39,651 nt of DNA from Abditibacteriaceae bacterium (GTDB lineage Bacteria; Armatimonadota; Abditibacteriia; Abditibacteriales; Abditibacteriaceae): positions 1-39,651 of the forward strand of contig JANPJS010000278.1 of assembly GCA_031425655.1 (NCBI GenBank). Direction: 5' to 3'. The translations under genes and the position numbers were made by a program. Shown here one piece after another: positions 20,032-28,117 of this stretch. The notes under the pieces were generated by a model. The model saw nothing but the letters and a program-made list of their open reading frames with translations. It searched no databases and had not been told where the DNA came from. The stretch's first letter is position 1; each line of letters opens with the position of its first letter.

Positions 20032-21623
20032 TCAGATTCGTTGTCGAAAACCGCAGTTTCGTCGGCGTCTGCGCTTTCGGTGCCGTAACGACGATTGCGC
20101 GCCACCCAATCGGAGTTCGGCGCGCTGTCGGGCGATGGGTTGGACTCTCCGCGCCCGCCGTCGCGTCGTGACGACCGGTTTGCAGATGGTTTCCCGTTTT
20201 TCGCGCCGCGCCGTCCGTCATCGCCGCGTTCAGACAAAACGCCGGGCAAAAGCGCTTCGACGGCATCGCGCAGCGTGGCCGCGCTTTCGATATTAGCATC
20301 GCGGCTCAGCGCCCGCGCGGCGTTGGCGCGTGGCACGATGCAGCGCGCAAAACCCAATCGCGCCGCTTCGACGGCGCGGCGCTCTCCATGCGACACGGCA
20401 CGCACTTCGCCGGCCAAACCGATTTCTCCGAAAACGCAAGCATCGGACGGGCAGGGCAGATCTTTGAGGCTCGAAATCACCGCGAGAGCGATGCCCAGAT
20501 CAAGCGCCGGCTCGGTCACTCGCACGCCGCCGACCACGTTGACGTAAACGTCCATATCGCCCAAGCGCAAGCCCAGCCGCTTTTCGATTACGGCCAAAGC
20601 CACTAAAACGCGATTGATGTCGGCACCGGTCACGGTGCGGCGCGGGCTGGTGAAATAGCTGGGCGCGCACAACGCCTGCACTTCGACTAAAAGAGGCCGC
20701 GCGCCTTCAATCGTGGCCACCACGACGCTGCCCGGCGCGTTGTCCTGCCGCTCCGACAAAAACAACTGCGACGGGTTGTCCACGCTTTGCATTCCGGCTT
20801 CGGTCATCTCGAAAACGCCCAATTCGTTGGTTGAGCCGAAGCGGTTTTTGATGGCGCGCAGCAAGCGATATTGCCCGTGTTCGTCGCCTTCAAGCTGTAA
20901 AACGGTGTCTACAATGTGTTCCAAAGCGCGTGGCCCGGCTAAATTGCCTTCTTTGGTGACGTGTCCGACGAGGAAAATCGGCACGCCCAGTTCTTTGGCC
21001 AACCTTTGAAAATGCGAAGCGGCTTCGCGCACCTGCGTCAGGGTTCCGGGCGCTGAATCCAACGCCGGATGCGCCACGGTTTGAATCGAGTCAACGACCG
21101 CAAAAGCCGGTTTAGCATCGCGGATGTGGCTTTCGATAGCTAATAAATCGGTTTCGGCGGCCAAAAGCAGCGCGTCCGACTGCAAACCCAGCCGTTCGGC
21201 GCGCAGGCTGATTTGCGACACCGATTCTTCGCCCGATAGATAAAGCCCTGAGCCGTATTGCGTCGCCAGCCGCACCGAGGCTTCGATAAGCAGCGTGGAT
21301 TTTCCGATGCCGGGATCGCCGCCGATCAGCATCAGCGCGCCGGGGACGACACCGCCGCCTAAAACGCGGTCGAACTCGCCGATGCCGGTTTTCAAGCGTT
21401 CGGGCATGGCGCTGCGCACCTGCGTCAGCGGTTGAGGGCGCGAACTTGGCGTTAAGGCCGCCACGCGCGATGCGCCCGCGCCGCCCAACCCGGCGCGCGG
21501 CACCGGCGCGACTTTTTCTTCCGCGAAGGTGTTGAAAGCGCTGCAATCGGGGCACTTTCCTATCCAGCGCGCGGTTTCATAGCCGCATTGCTGGCAAACG
21601 AATTTCGTGGAGAGTCTGGCCAT
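20025..21623 (-). CDS. radA: DNA repair protein RadA/Sms
   Basis: CxxC zinc finger, GGDPGIGKST, KNRFG and a Lon-like C-terminal domain. Confidence 0.97.
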   Translation of the reverse strand: MARLSTKFVCQQCGYETARWIGKCPDCSAFNTFAEEKVAPVPRAGLGGAGASRVAALTPSSRPQPLTQVRSAMPERLKTGIGEFDRVLGGGVVPGALMLIGGDPGIGKSTLLIEASVRLATQYGSGLYLSGEESVSQISLRAERLGLQSDALLLAAETDLLAIESHIRDAKPAFAVVDSIQTVAHPALDSAPGTLTQVREAASHFQRLAKELGVPIFLVGHVTKEGNLAGPRALEHIVDTVLQLEGDEHGQYRLLRAIKNRFGSTNELGVFEMTEAGMQSVDNPSQLFLSERQDNAPGSVVVATIEGARPLLVEVQALCAPSYFTSPRRTVTGADINRVLVALAVIEKRLGLRLGDMDVYVNVVGGVRVTEPALDLGIALAVISSLKDLPCPSDACVFGEIGLAGEVRAVSHGERRAVEAARLGFARCIVPRANAARALSRDANIESAATLRDAVEALLPGVLSERGDDGRRGAKNGKPSANRSSRRDGGRGESNPSPDSAPNSDWVARNRRYGTESADADETAVFDNESER

Positions 21624-21776
21624 GAGGAAGAAAAAATCGTGCGTGTCTACGATGAGTAAGGTTTTGCGAACGCGCGGTTCCGCTTGTCATTTTACACCAC
21701 TCGCGGGCCGGATTTCGTCGCATTACGAGGTAAGAGTCTGTGCTCAAAAAGAGTTATTCAGTCCGTTGCCATTGGA

Positions 21777-21873
21777 TGGCAAAAAATGGAGTGGCAAAAA
21801 ATGGTGAAAAAGTGGAATTTCTCATCCGAAATGCCATGGATGCCCTTATTTTTTGCCACTCAATTTTTTGCCG
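21777..21873. repeat. Inverted repeat built from 15-bp units
   Basis: tggcaaaaaatggag x2 versus attttttgccactcaattttttgccg. Confidence 0.7.
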
Positions 21874-21925
21874 TCGGGCCGTTTTCATCCAAATACCTTT
21901 ATTCGAGCACAGACTCTAAGACACG

Positions 21926-21963
21926 AAAAAGCGCCCGCCTTCGATTTCCAAAGGCGGGCGCTT
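21926..21963 (-). terminator. Intrinsic terminator downstream of the left tadG-like gene
   Basis: aagcgcccgcctt / aaggcgggcgctt stem; the A-run reads as a U-tract on the minus strand. Confidence 0.75.
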
Positions 21964-22001
21964 GATCAAGCAAGTGACAACGGATTGAAGGCCGGCGAAA
22001 G

Positions 22002-23060
22002 TCAGCCTGAGAGCACAACCGCGCTGGGGCCGGTGATGGGACTGCCGTCATCCACAACGGTGATCCTCGGATCCTGGCTGTTGTAAGAAACCGTCGGCAA
22101 AATGCGGATGCGGACATAGTAATTTTTATTGGCCGGGCTACGAATGGCTTCGATGTAAACATTGACGAAGGCCCGTGCTATCAGGGACGGATTGTTATTA
22201 TTCGCCGGGCTGGGATCGGCAACCATGATCGTGATAATGCGAGGATCGCCCACCGGATAATTCGGGTAGGTATTGTTGCTGCCATTATCGTAATAGGGTG
22301 CCAGAGCCGCTGCGTCCATGCGCGCCCTGAAGGCTATTTCCATTTTCGAGCCTTGACTACCAACATCCGCGGTCAGTGCGCTGTTAATAGGTTGGCCCAA
22401 GACGGTTTGCCCGCTGTATCCAAATTGCAGGTCGTCCTGAAAAACCGCGCCGCTTTTGCCGGAGTTATCCAAACGCAAGTCCAGCGAAGCTGCCGTGCCG
22501 GGGGTGAAAGCGGAGTCCTGATTGCGAATCAACAGCACTTCAAGCGGAGTGCCGTTTTTGTAGTTATTGTAGTCCGTCGTGGTAATCGCCAGCGGCGAGG
22601 CGCCATAAAGTCCTCTCAAGGGCAGCCGCCCGGCTTGCGCGAAACGGTTGAGAGTGCCGCCCCGATTTCCGATAGCGGCTGCGAAGAAAGAAGCCTTGGC
22701 CGCGCTGGCTGGGACGCGAATTTTGTTGTAGGTCGGGAAAGTAATGTCGTTGGCGTTGACAGTTACTTTGTTGCGCGCGGCTACGACAACCGCCAATGCG
22801 CGGGCCCTGGCGGTGTCGGCGGCAATTGAGGTGGCATCGCTTCCCGTCCTGCACAACTCGGTTGCACCGGCCAGAGCCGCGGCATCGCAGGCGCGCTGCA
22901 TCCGGTTGGCATCGGCCACCATTATGCCGTAGTCCACGGCGATAGCGCCGAAACCCAGTAGCGATGTCATCGTTAACGCCATCAAAACGATGGTGGCACC
23001 CTGGCGCCGCGCGCCGCGTTTGCCCGTTTTACTTGTGTTACGGAATGTTGCCTGTGTCAT
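22002..23060 (-). CDS. tadG: TadG-like Flp pilus assembly protein
   Basis: RQG followed by a TM helix, AVDYG and ACDAAALAGA; RBS aaggag. Confidence 0.8.
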   Translation of the reverse strand: MTQATFRNTSKTGKRGARRQGATIVLMALTMTSLLGFGAIAVDYGIMVADANRMQRACDAAALAGATELCRTGSDATSIAADTARARALAVVVAARNKVTVNANDITFPTYNKIRVPASAAKASFFAAAIGNRGGTLNRFAQAGRLPLRGLYGASPLAITTTDYNNYKNGTPLEVLLIRNQDSAFTPGTAASLDLRLDNSGKSGAVFQDDLQFGYSGQTVLGQPINSALTADVGSQGSKMEIAFRARMDAAALAPYYDNGSNNTYPNYPVGDPRIITIMVADPSPANNNNPSLIARAFVNVYIEAIRSPANKNYYVRIRILPTVSYNSQDPRITVVDDGSPITGPSAVVLSG

Positions 23061-23133
23061 AATACATCTCCTTAACCCGCCGTTTGAACTGTGTCCATTT
23101 AGGCGGGTGCTGTTTCAGCCAAAAAAAGCGGGC

Positions 23134-23637
23134 TTAAGTCGCTTCGCGCGCCATGCTGACCTCGATGCTGATGGTGCGATTTCTCATAAATGGAAAGAAC
23201 CCGGTCAGCGAGCGGTGTGGGTAACCGACCCGGATGCGGATCAGGTTGCCGGGGGCTACGGCGTTCTTCGGCGGCGTTCCCGTAGTGTCGGCGGGCCAGG
23301 CGTAGTAAGTTGGGTTAGACGACGTGCGATCCGGGGTTTGATCCAGCGTGATCTGTGCGGTAGTAACATCTGGATTCAGCACCGTCGCCGTATTGATGAT
23401 GCGCGTTCGCACATTCGTGGATGTGTTGCCCAGCGCAGCGAATCGGATACCTTCGCGCGCTGCGTTCGCCACCGTCAATTGCGCGCGTGCCATCCAGGCG
23501 AATTCCATGATGCCCATTAGTATGACCAGCAAAAGGGGCACGATCAGAGCAAATTCCACAACGGTAGCACCACGGCGTTGCGTGGAGCCGCGTCTTGCTC
23601 TGCGATTCACGAAGCGAAAGTCCATTTGATGTTTCAC
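23134..23637 (-). CDS. tadE: TadE-like pseudopilin
   Basis: RRGATVVEFA prepilin motif and NAAREG; start is GTG 23637 or ATG 23625. Confidence 0.85.
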   Translation of the reverse strand: MKHQMDFRFVNRRARRGSTQRRGATVVEFALIVPLLLVILMGIMEFAWMARAQLTVANAAREGIRFAALGNTSTNVRTRIINTATVLNPDVTTAQITLDQTPDRTSSNPTYYAWPADTTGTPPKNAVAPGNLIRIRVGYPHRSLTGFFPFMRNRTISIEVSMAREAT

Positions 23638-23800
23638 GTTATTCGTCCTTATTCCACAAAGCTGCCAAGTTATGATGTGCTTCTGAGTTTGCACATAGTT
23701 CCATAGGAAACATTGCACCGCAGCAATTTACCACGTCGGGCCGCCAAATTCTCATGACTTGGTTTCATGCCGTTCAAGGTTTCACTGTGAGTTACAGGTT

Positions 23801-23818
23801 AAATGCATCAATGCATTT
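23801..23818. promoter_or_regulatory. Palindromic candidate operator in the divergent tad intergenic region
   Basis: AAATGCAT-ca-ATGCATTT perfect inverted repeat. Confidence 0.4.
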
Positions 23819-23932
23819 GAGACACATTTTTCGCCAATTTTTAAGCCAGATGGCAAGACAAGTGTAAAAGGGAAGCGTAAACTACGCAGAAGGCGAAAGC
23901 CTTGATGTTATTTTCGGTCTGGAGAGGGATTC

Positions 23933-24388
23933 ATGCAACAACTTCATTATCGCACCCGCCGCGGCGCAACGCTGATCGAATTCGCCTTCGTCGTTCCTGT
24001 TCTGCTGCTCATCATGCTTGGGATCATGGAATTCGGCTGGTATGGCAAGAATCAGCTTACTCTGGCTAATGCGGCGCGCGAGGGAGCCAGAGCGGCCTCA
24101 ATTGGCAGGCCAATTCCCAACATCCGCCAACGCATCATCAATTCGGCTGCGCCGATCAGAGTTGAGAATAATGTCCAGGCCATCAAACTTGAATATTCCA
24201 CTAACGCGGGGGCAAGTTATGTCGATTTTCCCCAAGATGACAACATAAAATCACCGTCGCAAAATGGTGCGCCGACAGGATCGCTCATCAGAGTTACAGT
24301 GAGCGCAGCGCATAACCGATTGGCTAACCTTCCCATCACTCCGGCCAGGCTGAGTGTGAAAGTTACCATGATCAGGGAGCGAAGCTGA
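23933..24388 (+). CDS. tadE: TadE-like pseudopilin
   Basis: RRGATLIEFA and NAAREGAR; purine-rich RBS. Confidence 0.87.
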   Translation: MQQLHYRTRRGATLIEFAFVVPVLLLIMLGIMEFGWYGKNQLTLANAAREGARAASIGRPIPNIRQRIINSAAPIRVENNVQAIKLEYSTNAGASYVDFPQDDNIKSPSQNGAPTGSLIRVTVSAAHNRLANLPITPARLSVKVTMIRERS

Positions 24389-24426
24389 TGCTTTGCCATC
24401 AGCCAAAAGAGTCGAGGAGCAAAATT

Positions 24427-25515
24427 ATGAACCGTAAATCCTTTGCTATCAGGCGTCGTGCGCGGCGTCGTGGAAGTATTTTCTATCTCTTTGCCGGAGC
24501 GCTCGTTATGTTGTTGGGGTTTGGCGCCCTCACTGTGGACTACGGTGTGCTTGTCAACGACAAAAATTATTTGCAGCGTGTCTGCGATGCTGCGGCTCTC
24601 GGTGGAGCCACCAAGCTAACCGACGCGAATGCCGCTTTGACTACGGCGAAGCTGGTGACAACGCAGAACAATTTTGTGGATAACAGCGCCAATGACATCA
24701 CCTACACGTTTCTGGAAAACAACACGCGGATTCGTGTGGAGGCAGTGCGGCGACGCTCACTGTTTTTTGCAAAGGTGCTGGGGCAGGATGTCAAAGCGGT
24801 GCGTGCGTATTCCATTGCCAGTATTCAGGGTGGTTCACCCGACATCGTTCCTATCGGCATCACGACGACTTCCTACCAGACGGAAAATCCCATCGTTAGT
24901 GGAACGCAGAGGCTTTACGATACGCAACCCTCGCCTACATTTACCACAACGCTGGTTAATCGTAAGCGCCAGACATTTCAGGCCACAAATTTCATGTTGT
25001 TTGATATGCGCGATCAGCCGTCTAAAAGCCCGTCCAAGATGGAAGATCAGTTAGCTGGAAGACTTGCAGTTAATGTGACTGCCGGCGATGTGGCCGGCGC
25101 TCTCGACGGCGACCCTCTTTTGGCGACCGCGCTGAATGCCAATTCACAAGCCGCAAAATTCCTGAGCGGCATGACCGCGCGCTTCCAAGCGGCTGCCGGG
25201 TCACCGTGGCTCGATATTGATGCCACGCAGGGCAGCAATTACATCAACTATGTCGGTCAGCACTACGATCAAGTGTTCAACGGTTCCGAGCCTTTGGGGA
25301 ACGGCGCCCCTTTTACCCAGAATCCACGGGTGATGTCCTTCATTGTTACGCCTCCACTTGATGTCCCTGTGAACGGAACCTATGATGCTCCAATTGTGGC
25401 ATTAGCGCCGGTTTACGTCATACGAACCTATGTCGACAACGGCGATACGAAAATTGAGTATCGTTATTTGCCATTGAGTAATAGTGCCGGCGGATCGGGC
25501 ACTCTGGTCGAGTGA
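24427..25515 (+). CDS. tadG: TadG-like Flp pilus assembly protein
   Basis: RRG followed by a TM helix, VDYG and CDAAALGGA; ATG 24427 follows GAGGAG. Confidence 0.8.
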   Translation: MNRKSFAIRRRARRRGSIFYLFAGALVMLLGFGALTVDYGVLVNDKNYLQRVCDAAALGGATKLTDANAALTTAKLVTTQNNFVDNSANDITYTFLENNTRIRVEAVRRRSLFFAKVLGQDVKAVRAYSIASIQGGSPDIVPIGITTTSYQTENPIVSGTQRLYDTQPSPTFTTTLVNRKRQTFQATNFMLFDMRDQPSKSPSKMEDQLAGRLAVNVTAGDVAGALDGDPLLATALNANSQAAKFLSGMTARFQAAAGSPWLDIDATQGSNYINYVGQHYDQVFNGSEPLGNGAPFTQNPRVMSFIVTPPLDVPVNGTYDAPIVALAPVYVIRTYVDNGDTKIEYRYLPLSNSAGGSGTLVE

Positions 25516-25525
25516 CCGATGCAGC

Positions 25526-25567
25526 AAAAACAACAGCCCGGCTTTTTCAAGCCGGGCTGTTGCTTTT
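25526..25567. terminator. Bidirectional intrinsic terminator
   Basis: caacagcccggctt / aagccgggctgttg stem between convergent genes. Confidence 0.8.
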
Positions 25568-25573
25568 CTGTAA

Positions 25574-26584
25574 TCAAGTCTGCATCGCCGCGCGGAAATC
25601 GCGCAGAATTTCGTCCATGACCCAACTGGTGCGCGCCGCGCTTTCGCCGGTGCTGGGACAGTGTCCGGCGCCGTTCAACTCGTCTACGATGGTTTGAATC
25701 AGCGGTTGCTGAATGTGCGCGGGATTAGGCAAATCGAAAGTCTCGATTTCGCCGTCGTGATGCCATTCCAGAGGCGCCGCGCCAAACGTCGAAAAACGAA
25801 TGCGTCCGGCGCTGCCGACGATTTCGTTCCAATCGGCGTTGTGATCTCCGCTAAAACACCAGATTCCCGTGCCTAAAACTCCGTTTTGGTGCCGCCAATG
25901 CGCCGCTACAATGTCCTCAGCGGGATAAAGCTGCGCCTGATTGGCCGCCGTGCCACTAACTTCGGCTATCGGGCCGAGCAGAAAATCAAGCACGTCTAAA
26001 GTGTGCGCGGCCAAGTCGAGAAACAAGCCGGCTCCCGCGATTTCCGGCAGCACGCGCCACGGCAAAGCGGCGCGGTCAATCGGCGTTCCGTTTCGCGCAT
26101 CGGTGAATTGCGCCTGCTGAAAATGCGTGACTGTCACGGCGCGCACTTCGCCGATAGCTCCGCTTATTATCAATTCTTTGGCTTGCATGAAGCGAGGCAA
26201 TCGGCGGCGATAATAGGCCACGAAAAGCGGCACCTGCGCGACTCGCGCCGCTTCGATCATGCGTCGGCACTCTTCAAAAGTGCGCGCCATCGGCTTTTCG
26301 ACGTAAACCGGCTTGCCGGCTAAGGCCGCGCGCACGGCGTATTCTTCGTGTGATGCCGGCGGCGTGGCGACGTAAACAACATCAACTTCGGCGTCATCAA
26401 TTAGTTTTTGTGCGTCGTCATACCACTTTGGCACGTTATGACGCAGCGCGAAGTCGCGCGCTTTGTCGCCGTCGCGCCGCATGACGGCGACGAGGGCCGA
26501 ATCGCGTGCTTTTTGAAAACCCGGCCCGCTTTTGACTTCGCACACGTCGCCGCATCCAATAATTCCCCAGCGAATCGTTTTCAT
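25574..26584 (-). CDS. Gfo/Idh/MocA family oxidoreductase
   Basis: WGIIGCG, YVATPP, VEKPMA and DLAAHTLD. Confidence 0.93.
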   Translation of the reverse strand: MKTIRWGIIGCGDVCEVKSGPGFQKARDSALVAVMRRDGDKARDFALRHNVPKWYDDAQKLIDDAEVDVVYVATPPASHEEYAVRAALAGKPVYVEKPMARTFEECRRMIEAARVAQVPLFVAYYRRRLPRFMQAKELIISGAIGEVRAVTVTHFQQAQFTDARNGTPIDRAALPWRVLPEIAGAGLFLDLAAHTLDVLDFLLGPIAEVSGTAANQAQLYPAEDIVAAHWRHQNGVLGTGIWCFSGDHNADWNEIVGSAGRIRFSTFGAAPLEWHHDGEIETFDLPNPAHIQQPLIQTIVDELNGAGHCPSTGESAARTSWVMDEILRDFRAAMQT

Positions 26585-26663
26585 GCGGTGCAGTTAAACA
26601 CTTCGTCGCGCCGCGAAGCGATGCATTATAATGGAGCCATAAAATAGAAGCGATCCCCAACCC

Positions 26664-27797
26664 ATGAATGAACTCGACCCAACTATCGCTTCTTCCGATT
26701 CAGCAGCAGATCACCCGCCTGCCGGATTTTGGCTGCGCGTATTGGCCCGATTAGTTGATATGGTGGCGCTCAATTTGGTCGCCGCCCTGACTTGTTTGGC
26801 GACTGCGCTGCTGCATATCGCCGGACTTTCCGGAATTGCGGCGGTTATGTTTCTGGTAGCAGGCGGCTTGTTTTTGCAGTTCTTCTACTTTGCTTTCTTC
26901 ACCAGCCGGGGCCGGCAAACCTTCGGCTATCGCTGCGCCGGTCTTCGTGTCGAAACGCAAGAGCAGCAGCAGCCTTTGAGCATTGGGCGCGCCTCGGCAC
27001 GAGCCGCTATCAACCTCTTGTCTTCTTATTTACTGGCGATTTATATCGGTCTCGTAGATTATTTGATGGTCGCTTTTCACCGGCGCAAACGCGCGCTGCA
27101 TGACGTTTTAACCGGAACGCAAGTCGTGCGCATCGCACCGCTGAAACCCGCACTAATTGCTCTCAGCGCCGTCGTTTTGTGCCTTTTCTTTGCGGGAATG
27201 AGGCTGTCGGACGGCCAATTGCTCGGCGTGCGAGCGTTTTATATTCCGTCGGGCGCGATGGAAAACACGCTGCGAATCAATGATCGGATTTTGGTGAATA
27301 CGCTTTATTATCGGCTGAAAGAGCCGCGATTTCAGGACGTGATTATTTTCCGCGCGCCGTCTGCTTCCGGCTCAGGCGGGCAGGATTTCATCAAGCGCTG
27401 CGTCGGCGTGCCGGGCGAAATCATCGAAGTGAGAAACCGCCAGCTTTATCGCAATGGCAAGGCGGCGCCGGAATCTTACGCCAAATGGAGCGGCCCGCCC
27501 GAAGCGCCGATTTACAGTTACGATATGAAAATCGTGGACGGCAAAGTGTATTCACGCGAATATCTCGGCCCGAACGAGCCGCATCAATGGGTGCAGGCGC
27601 CGCGTATTTTCGTGCCCAATCAAGCGCGCATTGACCGCGCAAAGCCCGAAGCGGTGCCGCCCGGCCAGCTTTTAATGCTCGGCGACCACCGCAATAATTC
27701 CAACGATAGCCACGCCTGGGGTTTCGTGCCGCGCGCGAATCTGATTGGCCGGGCCATGAATATTCATTGGCCGCTCGACCGCTTAGGCGGACTATGA
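26664..27797 (+). CDS. RDD domain fused to a signal peptidase I (S26) domain, nucleophile Ser replaced by Ala
   Basis: RDD: AGFWLRVLARLVD, GRQTFG, RALHDVLTGT. S26: IPSGAM, NDRILV, FIKRCVGVPG, GDHRNNSNDS. Confidence 0.88.
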   Translation: MNELDPTIASSDSAADHPPAGFWLRVLARLVDMVALNLVAALTCLATALLHIAGLSGIAAVMFLVAGGLFLQFFYFAFFTSRGRQTFGYRCAGLRVETQEQQQPLSIGRASARAAINLLSSYLLAIYIGLVDYLMVAFHRRKRALHDVLTGTQVVRIAPLKPALIALSAVVLCLFFAGMRLSDGQLLGVRAFYIPSGAMENTLRINDRILVNTLYYRLKEPRFQDVIIFRAPSASGSGGQDFIKRCVGVPGEIIEVRNRQLYRNGKAAPESYAKWSGPPEAPIYSYDMKIVDGKVYSREYLGPNEPHQWVQAPRIFVPNQARIDRAKPEAVPPGQLLMLGDHRNNSNDSHAWGFVPRANLIGRAMNIHWPLDRLGGL

Positions 27798-27812
27798 TTC
27801 TGTGATTTTCGG

Positions 27813-27841
27813 TTGAAGGCTGGGGGAACTGGAAGTATAAT
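27813..27841 (+). promoter_or_regulatory. Sigma70-type promoter for tRNA-Gly
   Basis: TTGAAG-17 bp-TATAAT directly upstream of the tRNA. Confidence 0.7.
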
Positions 27842-27858
27842 TTCGTCTGTAACGTAAT

Positions 27859-27934
27859 GCGGAAGTAGCTCAGTTGGTAGAGCATCAGCTTCCCAAGCTG
27901 AGGGTCGCGAGTTCGAGTCTCGTCTTCCGCTCCA
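27859..27934 (+). tRNA. tRNA-Gly (anticodon CCC)
   Basis: 76-nt cloverleaf; acceptor stem GCGGAAG/CTTCCGC; anticodon loop TTCCCAA; GTTCGA T-loop; encoded CCA. Confidence 0.97.
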
Positions 27935-27945
27935 GGCTCTGTAGA

Positions 27946-27987
27946 CGGCCCCGGTTCGATTCATTCGAGCCGGGGTCGCTTGTTTTT
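27946..27987 (+). terminator. Intrinsic terminator after the tRNA
   Basis: ggccccggttcga / tcgagccggggtc stem followed by ttgttttt. Confidence 0.7.
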
Positions 27988-28017
27988 GCGATTTGTCCTG
28001 CGAAAAATCGCTCGCGC

Positions 28018-28035
28018 TTGCAACAAGGCTGCCAG
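28018..28035 (-). promoter_or_regulatory. Candidate sigma54 -24/-12 site, antisense to the rpoN-like gene
   Basis: Minus strand CTGGCAGCCTTGTTGCAA has exact GG-N10-GC spacing. Confidence 0.4.
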
Positions 28036-28117
28036 CTAAGCGAAAATGAAAGAGGTGAATTGACCTAACGCGGTTGCGTTGGCGATTCTTCGATTTCACG
28101 GCGAGCGAGGCAACACG

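Noticed and set aside
23640..23930. Invertible promoter or c-di-GMP riboswitch between the tad pairs
   Set aside because: No flanking inverted repeats or recombinase, and only fragmentary resemblance to the GEMM consensus
27859..27934. tRNA-Gly as an integration site for an island
   Set aside because: No integrase and no duplicated tRNA 3' end seen in the window
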